This document shows positions 13,431 through 24,800 of a stretch of DNA of 64,000 bases, piece by piece. The notes under the pieces were generated by a model, which was not told the origin of the DNA, did not search any database, and saw only the letters and a list, made by a program, of their open reading frames with translations. The translations under genes were made by a program, and so were the position numbers. Position 1 is the stretch's first letter. Every line of letters begins with the position of its first letter. Origin of the DNA: Lytechinus pictus (Eukaryota); contig NC_087246.1 in assembly GCF_037042905.1 (NCBI RefSeq), forward strand, positions 6,822,001-6,886,000. The letters run 5' to 3'.

Positions 13431-14290
13431 GGGCCGTCTGCACCATCCCGAGTTTTCAAATTAGCGCGCTATTTCTGATCCGGCAAATTATCCCGATCTG
13501 AAAAATCTCGAGATAGTTGGCGGTGCAGACGCAATTATCGCGCTAGTTCGTAGGATTAATCTCGAGATTGCAATCCCAAGTCAACTCGGGTTTATTTGCA
13601 AAATAGCGCGCTATTTTACGAATTATCCCGCTAATTCGTCGGTGCAGACGCACTCGAGATTGGACTCGGGGTAATTTATTCATGACGTCAGTCCATAATG
13701 CAATTCGCGTTCCACTTCCGCCTTGGTCAAAACATAAACACGTGCGAAAGTCAATTGCCTAATAAGCAACGATGGTGTCCCACCAGTGAATGGATTTTGG
13801 GAGAGACCAGACCGAAGGGGGAGGCGCTCATCGACGATGGTCATATTCAATAACAACACTGACAGCAGTGTTGTCTTATTCCTTCGCAAAATGTGAGCAA
13901 ATAGCATTTCTTTCCTCCTTCTCTCCCTCTCTCTCCCCCTCTGTCGTTGCCTCCTACTCCGCCATCATATTTAACGAAGAATACATCACTTCTTCACTCG
14001 CTGAGCTGAGAGGATTGTTGCATAACACCGGTCGAATTCGGCGAAAGTGCTAGTGAAAGGAGTACATTGCTTGCATATCGCGGGAAGTTATTCAAAAGCG
14101 CGGGCCGTTGAAACTCCAAGATCCGAAAGTGCGCATGCTCGTAACATCGGGCTTGTTGCCTCGCTCGAGCAGGAATCGCTCTTCTTGCGATGGTGGAGAC
14201 GGGGTTTCTTGAATCTCGAGATTAATCGCGAAGTGGGCCGATCGGGCTAAAATCTCGAGATTGAGCAAACTCGGGATGGTGCAGCACCAC
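13431..14290 (-). mobile_element. Harbinger deletion derivative, family D long copy (860 bp)
   Basis: TIR core tgcaccatcccgagttt / aaactcgggatggtgca, TSD CTA on both sides. Contains a transposase-like remnant. Shorter copy at 29301-29701. Confidence 0.85.
13759..13964 (-). pseudogene. Fossil N-terminus of a Harbinger transposase
   Basis: Manual translation with one frameshift in a C run: WRSRRQRQRGRERERRRKEMLFAHILRRNKTTLLSVLLLNMTIVDERLP / SVWSLPKSIHWWDTIVAY*. The Arg-rich, then hydrophobic, then VW-x(4)-S-x(2)-WW layout resembles Harbinger/ALP1-like transposases. Confidence 0.55.
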
Positions 14291-14560
14291 CTAAGGTGAA
14301 CAGATGAATACTCCTGTTCCCACTGGCTTTGTTTTTAATGATACTGGACAGCACCAGCTTGTTTCTGTTTTCTCATCCTCCTGTCTCAGTAACTGATATC
14401 CCTTTGATGAGATGAATGACATTGTCAACAGGTGAATAGGTCTGTTCTCATTGGCTGCTGTCATAGCTGCTGCTATATTGGATCGCATAATGTTGGCATG
14501 GACTGCCAGAGGCATTCCACTTTTGGAATAAGTATTGGGTGACAAGTATTATAAGTATTA

Positions 14561-14763
14561 GTTGTTGTGGCTCAGTGGATAAGTCTCCGGACTTTGAACC
14601 ACCAGGTACAAATCCCACAGCAGCACTAGTGTCCTTTTGCAAGGCATTTATCGACATTTGCCACTATCCACCCAGGTGTAGAAAATGGGTACCCTGTACA
14701 AGGAATTCCTTGAATGCTCGAGCGTCCGATTAGGATAGCCATGCTAAAGCCTGGGGTAATAAA
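14561..14763 (+). mobile_element. tRNA-derived SINE (degenerate)
   Basis: A box tggctcagtgg (14568), B box-like ggtacaaatccc (14605). Core ccacccaggtgt...aaatgggtacc is shared with the SINE at 48225-48552. Confidence 0.65.
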
Positions 14764-14901
14764 ACATGATATGAATGACGAAATAAGGAAAAAAAAACTT
14801 TGCTAACTGTACCAAATGTCATGTCATGTCATATTCCAATCTAATGTTCTATATCCGGAATCTAATGTCAATTTATATTGTTATTGTGTTCTTTCTTACA
14901 G

Positions 14902-15006
14902 AATGAGGGCAAAGCGAAAGGCAAACAGAAGAGCCGCAACCCAAAGCATTTAGAAGACAGTACAAACACAGACCGTGGAAGGCCAAAATGGCATGGAAGA
15001 AAGAAG
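14902..15006 (+). CDS. Internal coding exon (105 nt, phase 0/0) of an unidentified large gene; NEGKAKGKQKSRNPKHLEDSTNTDRGRPKWHGRKK
   Basis: Polypyrimidine tract and acceptor ttgtgttctttcttacAG, donor AAG|GTAGGA, length 35 codons. Only the phase-0 frame is open. Purine-rich, in contrast to flanks. Confidence 0.75.
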
Positions 15007-15250
15007 GTAGGAGTGGAAAGAGTTGTAAGCAATGTTGATTCAAGTGATGATCTGTGTGCTGTTGATTTGTGTGGTATCTTCAGTAATTGTTTGTTGCAGA
15101 AAGTGAAAGTTACTTGTATCCTAGGGTTGATGATAGAATGTTTGGCATTGCTGATAATGTGCATATTGTTTCTTGCTGTCGTTGTATTACTTGACGGTGG
15201 TAGAATTCAATCTGGTCTGATGTTCTGGTCAGTAAAATATACAAAGTATT

Positions 15251-15600
15251 GAGTGCCTACAGCTGTTGGTGTTGCTCATTGAATGAATCAGGGAGCTGTT
15301 ATTGTTGTTGATTGCATGTTTGAGACTCTTAGAATCGTTGCTGATTGCATGATATAGACTTATAGAGTGGTTATTGATTGGATGACACAGTATAGTGCTA
15401 GCTAGAAGTGTTGTTGATTGCATTAAAGAGAAGCTAGAAGTGTTGTTGAATGCATAACAGAATGCTAAAATTGTTGCTGATTGCCGGTTTGAGAGTGCTA
15501 GAATATTGTTGCTGATTGGATGATGAAGAGTGCTAGAAACTGTTGTTGGTTGCATAGCTGAGAGTGCTAGAATTGTTTCTGATTGTATGACCAAAAGTAG
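15251..15600. repeat. Diverged minisatellite, about 33-35 bp unit (gagtgctagaa-ttgttg(t/c)tgattgcat)
   Basis: About ten recognisable degenerate units just downstream of the 105-nt exon. Confidence 0.6.
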
Positions 15601-17439
15601 CATTTTTCCTGAATGTTGCTTTACATTCGTGTGAATCTATTGAAAAAATATTGATTTGCATCAAGTTGTTTAAAGCAGACATTGTGATAACAGCAAATGC
15701 TTCAGCTGCTTAACATCTCGCCATCGTCGGCTACAAAGTCGCTGTGACATAGAACTGTCTTGTGGCCTGGAGCAGAGCTGAGCGCTTTTGGCCGACCTTT
15801 CAAATTCGATTGGTTTTTAATACTTCTTGATCCAGTTTGAATGGGAAATTATGTCATCTTGGCTTACCTCTTTTTTTCTTTTGGAGAGGAGGGGGTGGAT
15901 CTATGTGCATAGACTCTCTAATATAATTTTTCATAATATGTTTCCTCATTAAAAAGTTGGGTTTGTGCATAAAATTATTTGATTCTTTGAGTTTGATAAA
16001 TCCATGGTCATTGCTTGTGAGCTCCAGTAAATGTTATTCACCAACGCTAGCTCCTTATGATTTGACTTGGCATTCGGAAATCGATGCCTAAGCTGCAATA
16101 ACGCAGAGTCGCAGATAAAGTTCACCTTCATTAATCAGTCATTTCCTACATAGCAAGACAGACAGTGCAACCCGCAAAGTGTCAAAGTAAAGAGCAATAA
16201 GCTAAATTTAGCTATTCAGCTGGAGGAATGTGTTTTCTCATAATATCAATATATCCACATTACATGTAGGCTATGTTCTGTGTACCTAACCTGTAGCCTA
16301 CTTGTATATAATTTGGTATGGTCTGTCGTAGAGTATCACTTTATAGGTCTACATGATTGGATGCACTCTCAGATTAAAGTTGCACCATGATAAGCATGCT
16401 TAAACATAAATTTTAGTTGTAACGATCATTTAATAATTTGACCCAATCTGCAACCCCAGTGTGTGAATAGAAAATATGTGCGAAAAGGTCCCAGTAGAAA
16501 ATTTATAATTTATGAAGCTGTGCTAGACATGTGTATTTCTAACTACTCATTTAAAAACATTCAGATTAGAAACTTTGTTTTATATTCCTCAACCTATTTT
16601 CTTAATGTCATTCCCACAACTAAAAAGTCATCAGATTCTATGAAAAATGTTATTGCAACCCCCTTTCTGATTTTAATCCAAAAATGTATTTTTTTTTAAA
16701 ACTTAGAATTTATCACCTCCACTATTGTGTCAACCAATTTGTTATCCAACAGAGCATGGGATGTCAGCTTCAATACGACTCAATACAAACTATTCACTTT
16801 GCACTTTAGTATTGTAATACTTGCAAGGGAATGGCTGAAGTAGAAGAATTGATTCAAACAAGTGGAAAGAGACACAATTTGATCATATTGAGCCATTCGA
16901 ATGGAAGTAGATTTTTCTAGCCCTTTCCTGCCTTTCCCTCATCCCTCTGAAGCTTACTTTTTAAAATTTGCTAATGCTCTGAAGTGTTCCTTAAATCTGA
17001 GCTGTCTATCTCTTCCTCATCAAGATTTAGGCTGGCTGTATAGGCAGAATGATCTCTAACCAAAATACCCATCACAAGTGTTTTACAGCATTATGCACAC
17101 ACTTATACTTTGATAATGATATCTAGCTTAAAGTTGATTTCAAAACATTCAAGCACTTACATATGATTTGATATAAAAAATTGAACATTGAAATTGTAAA
17201 ATTTTAACTTGATGTAATTTATATAAATAAATCATTTTAAGTGATTGTTTTAATATTTATTTAAAAAAAAATTGTATTACAATATTTTGTTCTGTAATAT
17301 ACTGTAAGCTTGATAGCAATCTGTGTATCTAACATGATTTTAAATTTAGCAGGGTAAATTGTATTGTTTCTATTTATTTCAAATATTGTTCTTGCATGAT
17401 CATTTTGTAAAATTGCTAATTTTTATTCCAAAAGAATTA

Positions 17440-17545
17440 GTGCTGTTATTGATAACCTCTATCGCTAGTCCTGTTGATAAACGCATGTTTTTGCCACTTA
17501 GCGATATATCGATAACCTTTCTCTCGTCGACAATACCCACTATTA
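17440..17545 (-). mobile_element. Solo hAT-like terminus, copy 2
   Basis: Clear similarity to 12530-12637 in the same orientation. Confidence 0.5.
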
Positions 17546-19515
17546 CATGTATGTAGTACAATAAAGTTCCTCCGCATTCGCACTTTTGCAGGAGTGGTCT
17601 TTATTATTTTGTTCATAAAACACCGCCGCTGGTTCACTGTGACATGCACGCTTGCGAAGTCATGAGTGTGGGACTTGACGGCAATAACATTAGCCTGGTT
17701 CATTAGGTTGGATACGGCCACTCAATGACAGTGCTGGATATTCGCGAGCGCGTGCCCAAGGGCTGGCCTCTGCTTCCCGGGTGGATTTGGGAATCATGAA
17801 TATTAATTCATCACCAAAACAAGAGATTTAGTAAACAACATTGTGACTCCACCCTCCGAAATGAATGAGAGACCACGTGAGCGTGTGCCTCTGATTATTT
17901 TGGGATATACACTTGTCATTTTGTGCAGAGGTAAATTTCTTTCTTTTTAGTTCGTATGGGTGATATTCGTTTCTTAATGTTCGTCACTTCAGAAAAGTAA
18001 ACAAGTTGGACTGACACTGACAGTGCACAATCTGCGTCGCCAGTTACGCTATGTCGGCATCACCCAAGCCTAGCCTAAAGCTACGGCACCGACGTGGACG
18101 GAAGGCGGCCTTGTCTAAACTGCCGTGGCGCATTCAATTTTACCTCAAACCGGCCTATTCATAAAATGTTCTTTTGTCGATAGTTGTTGATTTCGGTAAG
18201 ATATTTTTACCAATATATCAACACAGAATTTTCTTACTGATAACAACACTAAAAAGAATACACATTCTATAAAATACTAGAGAGTTGAAATAATTAGATT
18301 TGCTAATCCTCTGACGAGCTATCTGATTCTTCAATAGATGTGTGACTCATTAGATATGAAAGGGTATTAAACACACCCACCCTGGTAATTCTAAACTTGC
18401 TCTCGTCAAACCAGCCTACCACTATGGTATCTTCAATTGCCCCTTTGTTCATCAAATCATCCCTCTCAGATACTCTCAGCCGAGCGATGGCTGCGGCGCA
18501 CATACCATGGAATTCTAAATGAATTGACGTGTGTCTCATGTCGCAATCTTTGAATCGTTGCCGTTGACTGATGTGGATGGGTGCTAGGAACATGATATGG
18601 GATGAGGGTGCTGTGTGATGAGGGCATGTATCGGTTGTAGGCAAATATAGCACTGTGTGGTATGTATGTGGGTGTTCATGTATGTTTATGTATAGATATG
18701 GTGATTGAGACTCAAGGGAAACATATCTCATTCCACAAAGGATTTAACCTGCATGAATAGATCATTCAAAAGAGGTTTTTAACCTTTAACATATGTTTCA
18801 AACAATTCAATTAAATTCATTCATTATAATGATTTATGTCAGATGAATGTGATCCATGATACATTAATGATAGCATTCATGAGAAATAATATCAATATCT
18901 ATATTTGTGGAAGTGGTGTTATTTTTTTACCTGATGGCTAAGAAAGCATGAATATTCGAAAGCAAGTGACCATTGGACCAGTGGTCTTTAGGTCCTGTCT
19001 GAGGGACCTGATAATGTAGATAAATGCAAGGTTTAATACATGTTATGCTTTAAAAATCCAAAGATATAGCTATAAGCACAGTCTTTCATATAAGCCTAAA
19101 TAAGTGATGATTAATAAGCATTGGATACAAATTCCCTTAAAATATCAGATATCTTAAAATATCAGATAAAACTTATGTAATATTTAGATTATTTTGTACA
19201 TAAAGAGAATTTTTTCCACCAAATTGTTATAGCTTCACTTTTTCTTATGCTTCTTAAAATGAGACCTTTTCCTATTGGAGGAAAATCTTTTTGCTAATTG
19301 TGACCATTTGTTTAAAATATACTTCAGGGAAGGAAACAGCACGCTGACATCCTTAGCCTAATGGGAAGAGAAATTAATAGCATGCATGACCTGTTTTTAA
19401 TAACCTGATTCCTAAAACAGCTTGGTTCAAATCCATATTTGTAGGACTGTTATCCTCAAATGGTTGCATTGTTTACAAGAGGGTTGTTCTCACTGACACT
19501 CAATCTACACTCAAT

Positions 19516-19990
19516 AGGCGATTTCAAACCGCCTCGATCACAAGAATCCCCGTTAAATTACGAGAAAATTTTTAGGCTAAAAAATACCCATTAATTATTC
19601 CTGCATTCACACCGCCCCGAAACATATCCTTCGGGATAAATTCCTGAAGTTAGGAGCATGCACAGTATGGTCTAATAAGCAGGCAAGGCGCGAGATTCAA
19701 AACCACTAGCCCAGCAGCCACCCACGGCGCCCGGCCCAACGACACGCTGGGCTGAAAGTTCCAGTAAATTGCTTTCACATTGCCAAAATACCTGCGACCT
19801 TGGAAAAATCCCCGCGAAAGTTCTCGTAATTTCGCCAAGTACCTACTATTTAGCGGGTATTTTCTTTCGGGGAAATTACGCGTAGTTTGCTTTCACATTA
19901 CCAAAATACCTGGTATTTTCTGATCGGGGTAAATTTCCCGATCAGAGAATACCTGGAACTGACAAACTTCGAGGCGGTCTGAAACCACCT
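19516..19990. mobile_element. Harbinger-type MITE family E, short copy (475 bp)
   Basis: TIR aggcgatttcaaaccgcctcga / tcgaggcggtctgaaaccacct. Terminal arms near-identical to 20109-20952. Flanks AAT/ATT. Confidence 0.8.
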
Positions 19991-20108
19991 ATTGAAATTT
20001 AAGTTTGATCCTAGAATACAGCATCACTAAACGAAAAAAGAAAATAAGAGAGAACATTATGCAATACAGCAACATACAATTTTTTAATGGTTATATCTAT
20101 AGATCTAT

Positions 20109-20952
20109 AGGTGGTTTCAAACCGCCTCGATCACAAGAATCCCCGTTAAATTACGAGAACTTTTTCATGCTAAAAATACCAGATAATTATTTCCGCATTT
20201 CAAATTCAGACCGCCCGAAACACACTCTTCGGGGAAATTTCTTGAAGTTATGAGCATGTGCAGTACTGTCTGGTAGCAGACGAAGTAGCGCACGCTTTTC
20301 AACAGCGGTACGTATCACGATCGTGGGACGGCCGGGGCGGGAGATCCACCTGTGGCCGGCCTAGCTCTAGCACGTACTAACTATACTCGATCGTATGTGC
20401 AAATCATTTGTTCCCTTGATCATCATCTGCAATTGCACTAGATTTCTCTCCACATTGATATTAAGGCCTTGGTGGCCTCCTCACTCCAGTGTGATGTCAT
20501 CTGGTATGAAAATGTACAAAACCTGTAAATATCACCCTTAAATCGTAAAACTAATTTTTTGAAGAAGAATCAACCGCCGAGTCAAAGTCGAACCCGAGTT
20601 ACGTCGCATGAAAAGTGTACGTATGTTTATCGCTGCATGCACTGGCGCTGGCCAGCCGGCCGCGCCGGCTTGCTTGCTCGGTAGGCCTCGCATTTCCATG
20701 CATATCGAACAGCGCACGCTCTGTGCGGAAATTCACCTATCGCGGTGATCGATGGGATACAAGTTCTTGTACTTTGCTTTCAGATTGCCAAAATACCCAC
20801 GACCTTGGAAAAATCCCCGCGAAAGTTCTCGTAATTTCGCCAAGTACCTACTATTTAGCGGGTATTTTCTTTCGGGGAAATTACGTGGAGTTTGCTTTCA
20901 CATTACTAAAATAAATGGAATTGACGAACTTCGAGGCAGTCTGAAACCACCT
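20109..20952 (-). mobile_element. Harbinger deletion derivative, family E long copy (844 bp)
   Basis: TIR aggtggtttcaaaccgcctcga / tcgaggcagtctgaaaccacct, TSD TAT. Extra internal segment carries a Myb/SANT-like remnant. Confidence 0.85.
20438..20500 (-). pseudogene. Fossil Myb/SANT-like (trihelix) domain exon of the Harbinger DNA-binding protein: MTSHWSEEATKALISMWREI*
   Basis: W-S-x-E-x-T-x-A-L-I-x-x-W pattern of Myb/SANT-like domains, preceded by acceptor ttttgtacattttcataccAG. A shifted frame continues LVQLQMMIKGTND. Confidence 0.6.
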
Positions 20953-21391
20953 TATAGATTATGTGAAAAAAAACATTATCGACATGTTCTTATTATAATT
21001 TTATTACTGTGATTCTATTGAGTTTTGATATATATATTAATTAATTTCATCATAGGCATTTTATTTTCATTTATTTTACTTTACTTAATTTAATTAAATG
21101 ATTAATTCATTTATATATTTTGTGTTTTCTATTTACTTCATTTGTCATCATTTTAGCATGGGAGAGGGACATGATATTGTGTGACATCAAATCTCATGTT
21201 CAATAGACCATAGTTTTGTCAATGATTGAAATTGATCTTTCATCACATTAATGATCTCATTTCATCATTCAATCATTCATGAGTATTGGAGCATGTCTAA
21301 AGGCCTCTTCTCTTGACAGCCTAATTTTAGAGTTGAGGACAGGTTAATAAATGTCTCTCCTTACCTCAGTAAATCAGCAACACCTAACTTA

Positions 21392-21850
21392 GAGGCCTTT
21401 CTCATTACGCTTTCTAAAACTAGTTAACTGGAAACCGATTCAGGAAACCACTTTGGAAGATCGCTTTGCTAGCGTTCCCACTTGATCACACGAAAGTGGT
21501 TTTCAAAATCACGTAAAGCACTCTTGTTGCTATGGAAACGCTCTCAGTGGGGTGACACGTTTCACGCGAAATTCGAAACCGCCGCATAGGCATTCTACAC
21601 CTGTCGTGTGGAGTAGCGCGCTCAAAATGTGCGAAGATCGCTTCCCGAAGAACGGTTGTGTCCTCACTTACGCTCAAACCAGTTTAACGAGGCAAAGCGA
21701 TCTTGAAAACTACATCGCGAGGTGCTTTTCCAAACTGGTTTGGAAGATCGCTTCCAAGACCGCTTTGACCGTTCTCACTACGCGTTAAACTAGTTTCCAC
21801 TAAACTAGTTTCCAGTAAACTAGTTTTAGGAACGTAGTGAGAACAGCCTC
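21392..21850. mobile_element. Harbinger-type MITE family A, copy 4
   Basis: Same orientation as copy 2; ends gaggcctttctca / tgagaacagcctc; flanks TTA/CTA. Confidence 0.8.
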
Positions 21851-24800
21851 CTAGTCTCCAGTATGTTGTTAGATGCTTTGAATGGCATGAATATCGGTTT
21901 ACCATGCCCCTTTACTAACTGCTTGCTCGCAACCGTCAAGTGAGGCAATCTGGTGGCATAACGCTGATAACAACAACTTTGTCAAACATTGCCCTGCAGT
22001 AAACCCTTTCACCAACCCTCATGCAGAGAGGAAACTTTGATTTGCATCTCTTGAAGGGTGAAGATGGAGAGGAGATGGGATGGGGGGGGGGGGTGTGCTC
22101 ATGTCATTTTTATTTGAGGGGGGGGGGTGCCTTACAAAAACCTGAAATGGAGGTCTAAGGAATTGACTACAAGGTGTAAAATACAGGGTCAAGGAAACTC
22201 AAGGTGTGTTCAAAGTTGATTTTCAAATTGAAACAGCAACATGAATCACGATTCAAAATCCATCAAAAAACAAAGAACATAAACACAATCGGTAGTGCAT
22301 CGTTCACGGGCGATTAATGCTAATTATTGTCGATCATTTTTTAATTCCTCGCTGGTAGGTACTATGCCGACACTAACACAGGTAGTTGGTCTAGCCACTC
22401 TTTGTAGTAGCCAGCTGTAACTAGCGTTGTGCAGCACAGTTTTCAAGGCTCGCACGATAAACAGAAGTACGCGAATCGCGACCAATGCCGCCGTCTTTGA
22501 GCTTGATTTTATACTCAAAGATTACTGCCTTTCTGTAAACTAAATATTGATTGTGATTTATATCCTTGATTTTTCTCTCGTCTGTACCTGACCCTCCTGC
22601 ATTAATCAATGATATCAAATTGAAGTTAATTTGAGGGATTCCTTTAAGGATAGTGTCCCTCTCCTTCTAAAGATTGTGGTACCCTTCTGTTGGAATGAGA
22701 TGATGAGAGTTTTTCCCACTCTGAGATAGCATTGATGCATTATCTACTCATTCAAACTGTCAGGATGAGGAAACTCTTATTCCCTACCCTCCAGCTTTTC
22801 TTCTCTCGTTTCTTTCCCTTTTTCATCATTTAATTCTACTACCCCCTTTCTTTTGCTCATTTTGTGGTGGGACTCACTAATTTTTGAGCACCACTGACTG
22901 TTAATATGATAGGAAAGTTCTGTTTACATAAAATTGTGTTTTTACTATATGATATTAAAGATTTGAATGAAATATCTTAGGCCAAAATTTTATTAGAAGA
23001 GAAGTGAGAGATGAGATAATCCAAATGTATGAAGTAAAAATATCCCCATTAATTTTTGAGTGCAAGACAAATTTTCCAGTCTGTTAAAGGGGAAATTGCT
23101 TCTGATCTCCCAAAATATCCGCTAACCGTAGATCCACTTTCTGCGGTTTCCTGAATAAAAACCAATTTGAAAAAGAAATGTTTGTTGCAGAAGGTCACTA
23201 CACTCTTAAAGGGATGTCGCACCCAGTTTTTAAAACTGAAATGAGACCCAAGTATTTTTTTATAAGATTTTCTTTTCTTCAAAGGTATATGGATATAACG
23301 ATCATCTAAATAATAATACAAGCTTGGATTAATGGGACTCATTTTCAATTCTGGTAGAAAGGCAGAAAATTTATAAATTGGCAGTACTTGTATTTGAATT
23401 TAAAATGCTTTTAAAGAACCAGGTTTATGAGCTGGTCAGATATTGCTTAAACAAAAGTTTTGATATTTAATCAGCAACATTCAATTTATCATATGTATGG
23501 TTTGAAATATTAAACTATACAATTATTTGTTTTCACTGTGTACATGTATGGCAGACCTACTCCACCTTGTTTTGTTTAGAAATTTCACTTAATTTGGAAA
23601 AATAAGCATTCAAGTGGCATTTCTTAATTGCATTTGTGTAAAATATCTCAAAAAGTTAAAGTTTTTTTGAAAGATGAAATGATTACCAAAAAAAATTCAG
23701 CTCCCCCACCAACTTGAGGCGATTATTTTACAATAAATTTGCATTTGTATCAAAAGTATTTTTCTGATGCCCATAGATGAAACGCAGAGTGTTAATTCAG
23801 CATACTTTCTTAAGCATTTTAAATTTTTCCTCAGAATATAGGTGTAACGTAAAAGCAAAATAACAATAATAGACCAGTTCGTAGTTACTTCATGGACAAT
23901 TTTGGTCAAATGACCTTTCATTTCTTTCATTATGATAGGCAGATTTCAAAGCAAGATATTACGTAAGCTTGCCTTACATAGCAGGATGAAGAAATTGAAT
24001 AGACCAGGTGACTAGAATAGCACACCAATGAACACTTTATGAAGGTATTTGTTGCATTCCTACTTTGAATGCATATCATAGCATGTTGCACAATGTACTT
24101 GGCAAACTGTGAAATACCAGTCTTCGTGGACGCGTTTTTTTTTTTTTTTGTGGATGTATATGAAAACCACAATTCAAAAGAATACATGAATAATCAAGAC
24201 ATCAAAGTTGGTGCTTATCTCATTAGATTTTAAACCACCATGTCACTTTTGTACAAATGACCTTCCTCTTATCATGCGTAGAATGTTTTGATCATGCGCC
24301 GAAAGGAACTACGAACTGGCTTATTGTCCCAAGTTTGAGTTCATTAGACTGTCTTGTCTTTCAACTGCATACAGGTCTAGCCCCCTCTCTTGGTGGTCAT
24401 TTCATCAACTATAGCAAATATCCAATACAAGCCACAAACGCGAAACGGTTCAACCATTAAATTAACCCCAGTGACAGTTACAGATGAATAACTGGAATGT
24501 TTTTAATGAGGAAAAAATGTTTTGGGGAATGTAAGACTAAAGTATGCAATGAGGTAATTAAGTAAAATATAAAACTCTAACAATTTTTTCAATTCATCTG
24601 TATACATTATCAGCTTGTGATAAATTTAAACTGAGGGTTGTTATGGTAAGAAGTACATGTAGCTGTATTTGGGAGCCAGATTTTCAACACTTGATTAAAA
24701 TTGAATGTTGTCAAGAATCCCTTCATTTGTGAATACTATTTGTTAGCTGAGAAAACTTTTAAGTTTTTAAAAACCATTTATGAATGAAATTACATCTGTT

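Noticed and set aside
14878..15252. 124-aa ORF as a standalone gene
   Set aside because: Only 14902-15006 is bounded by splice sites; the rest is intronic read-through.
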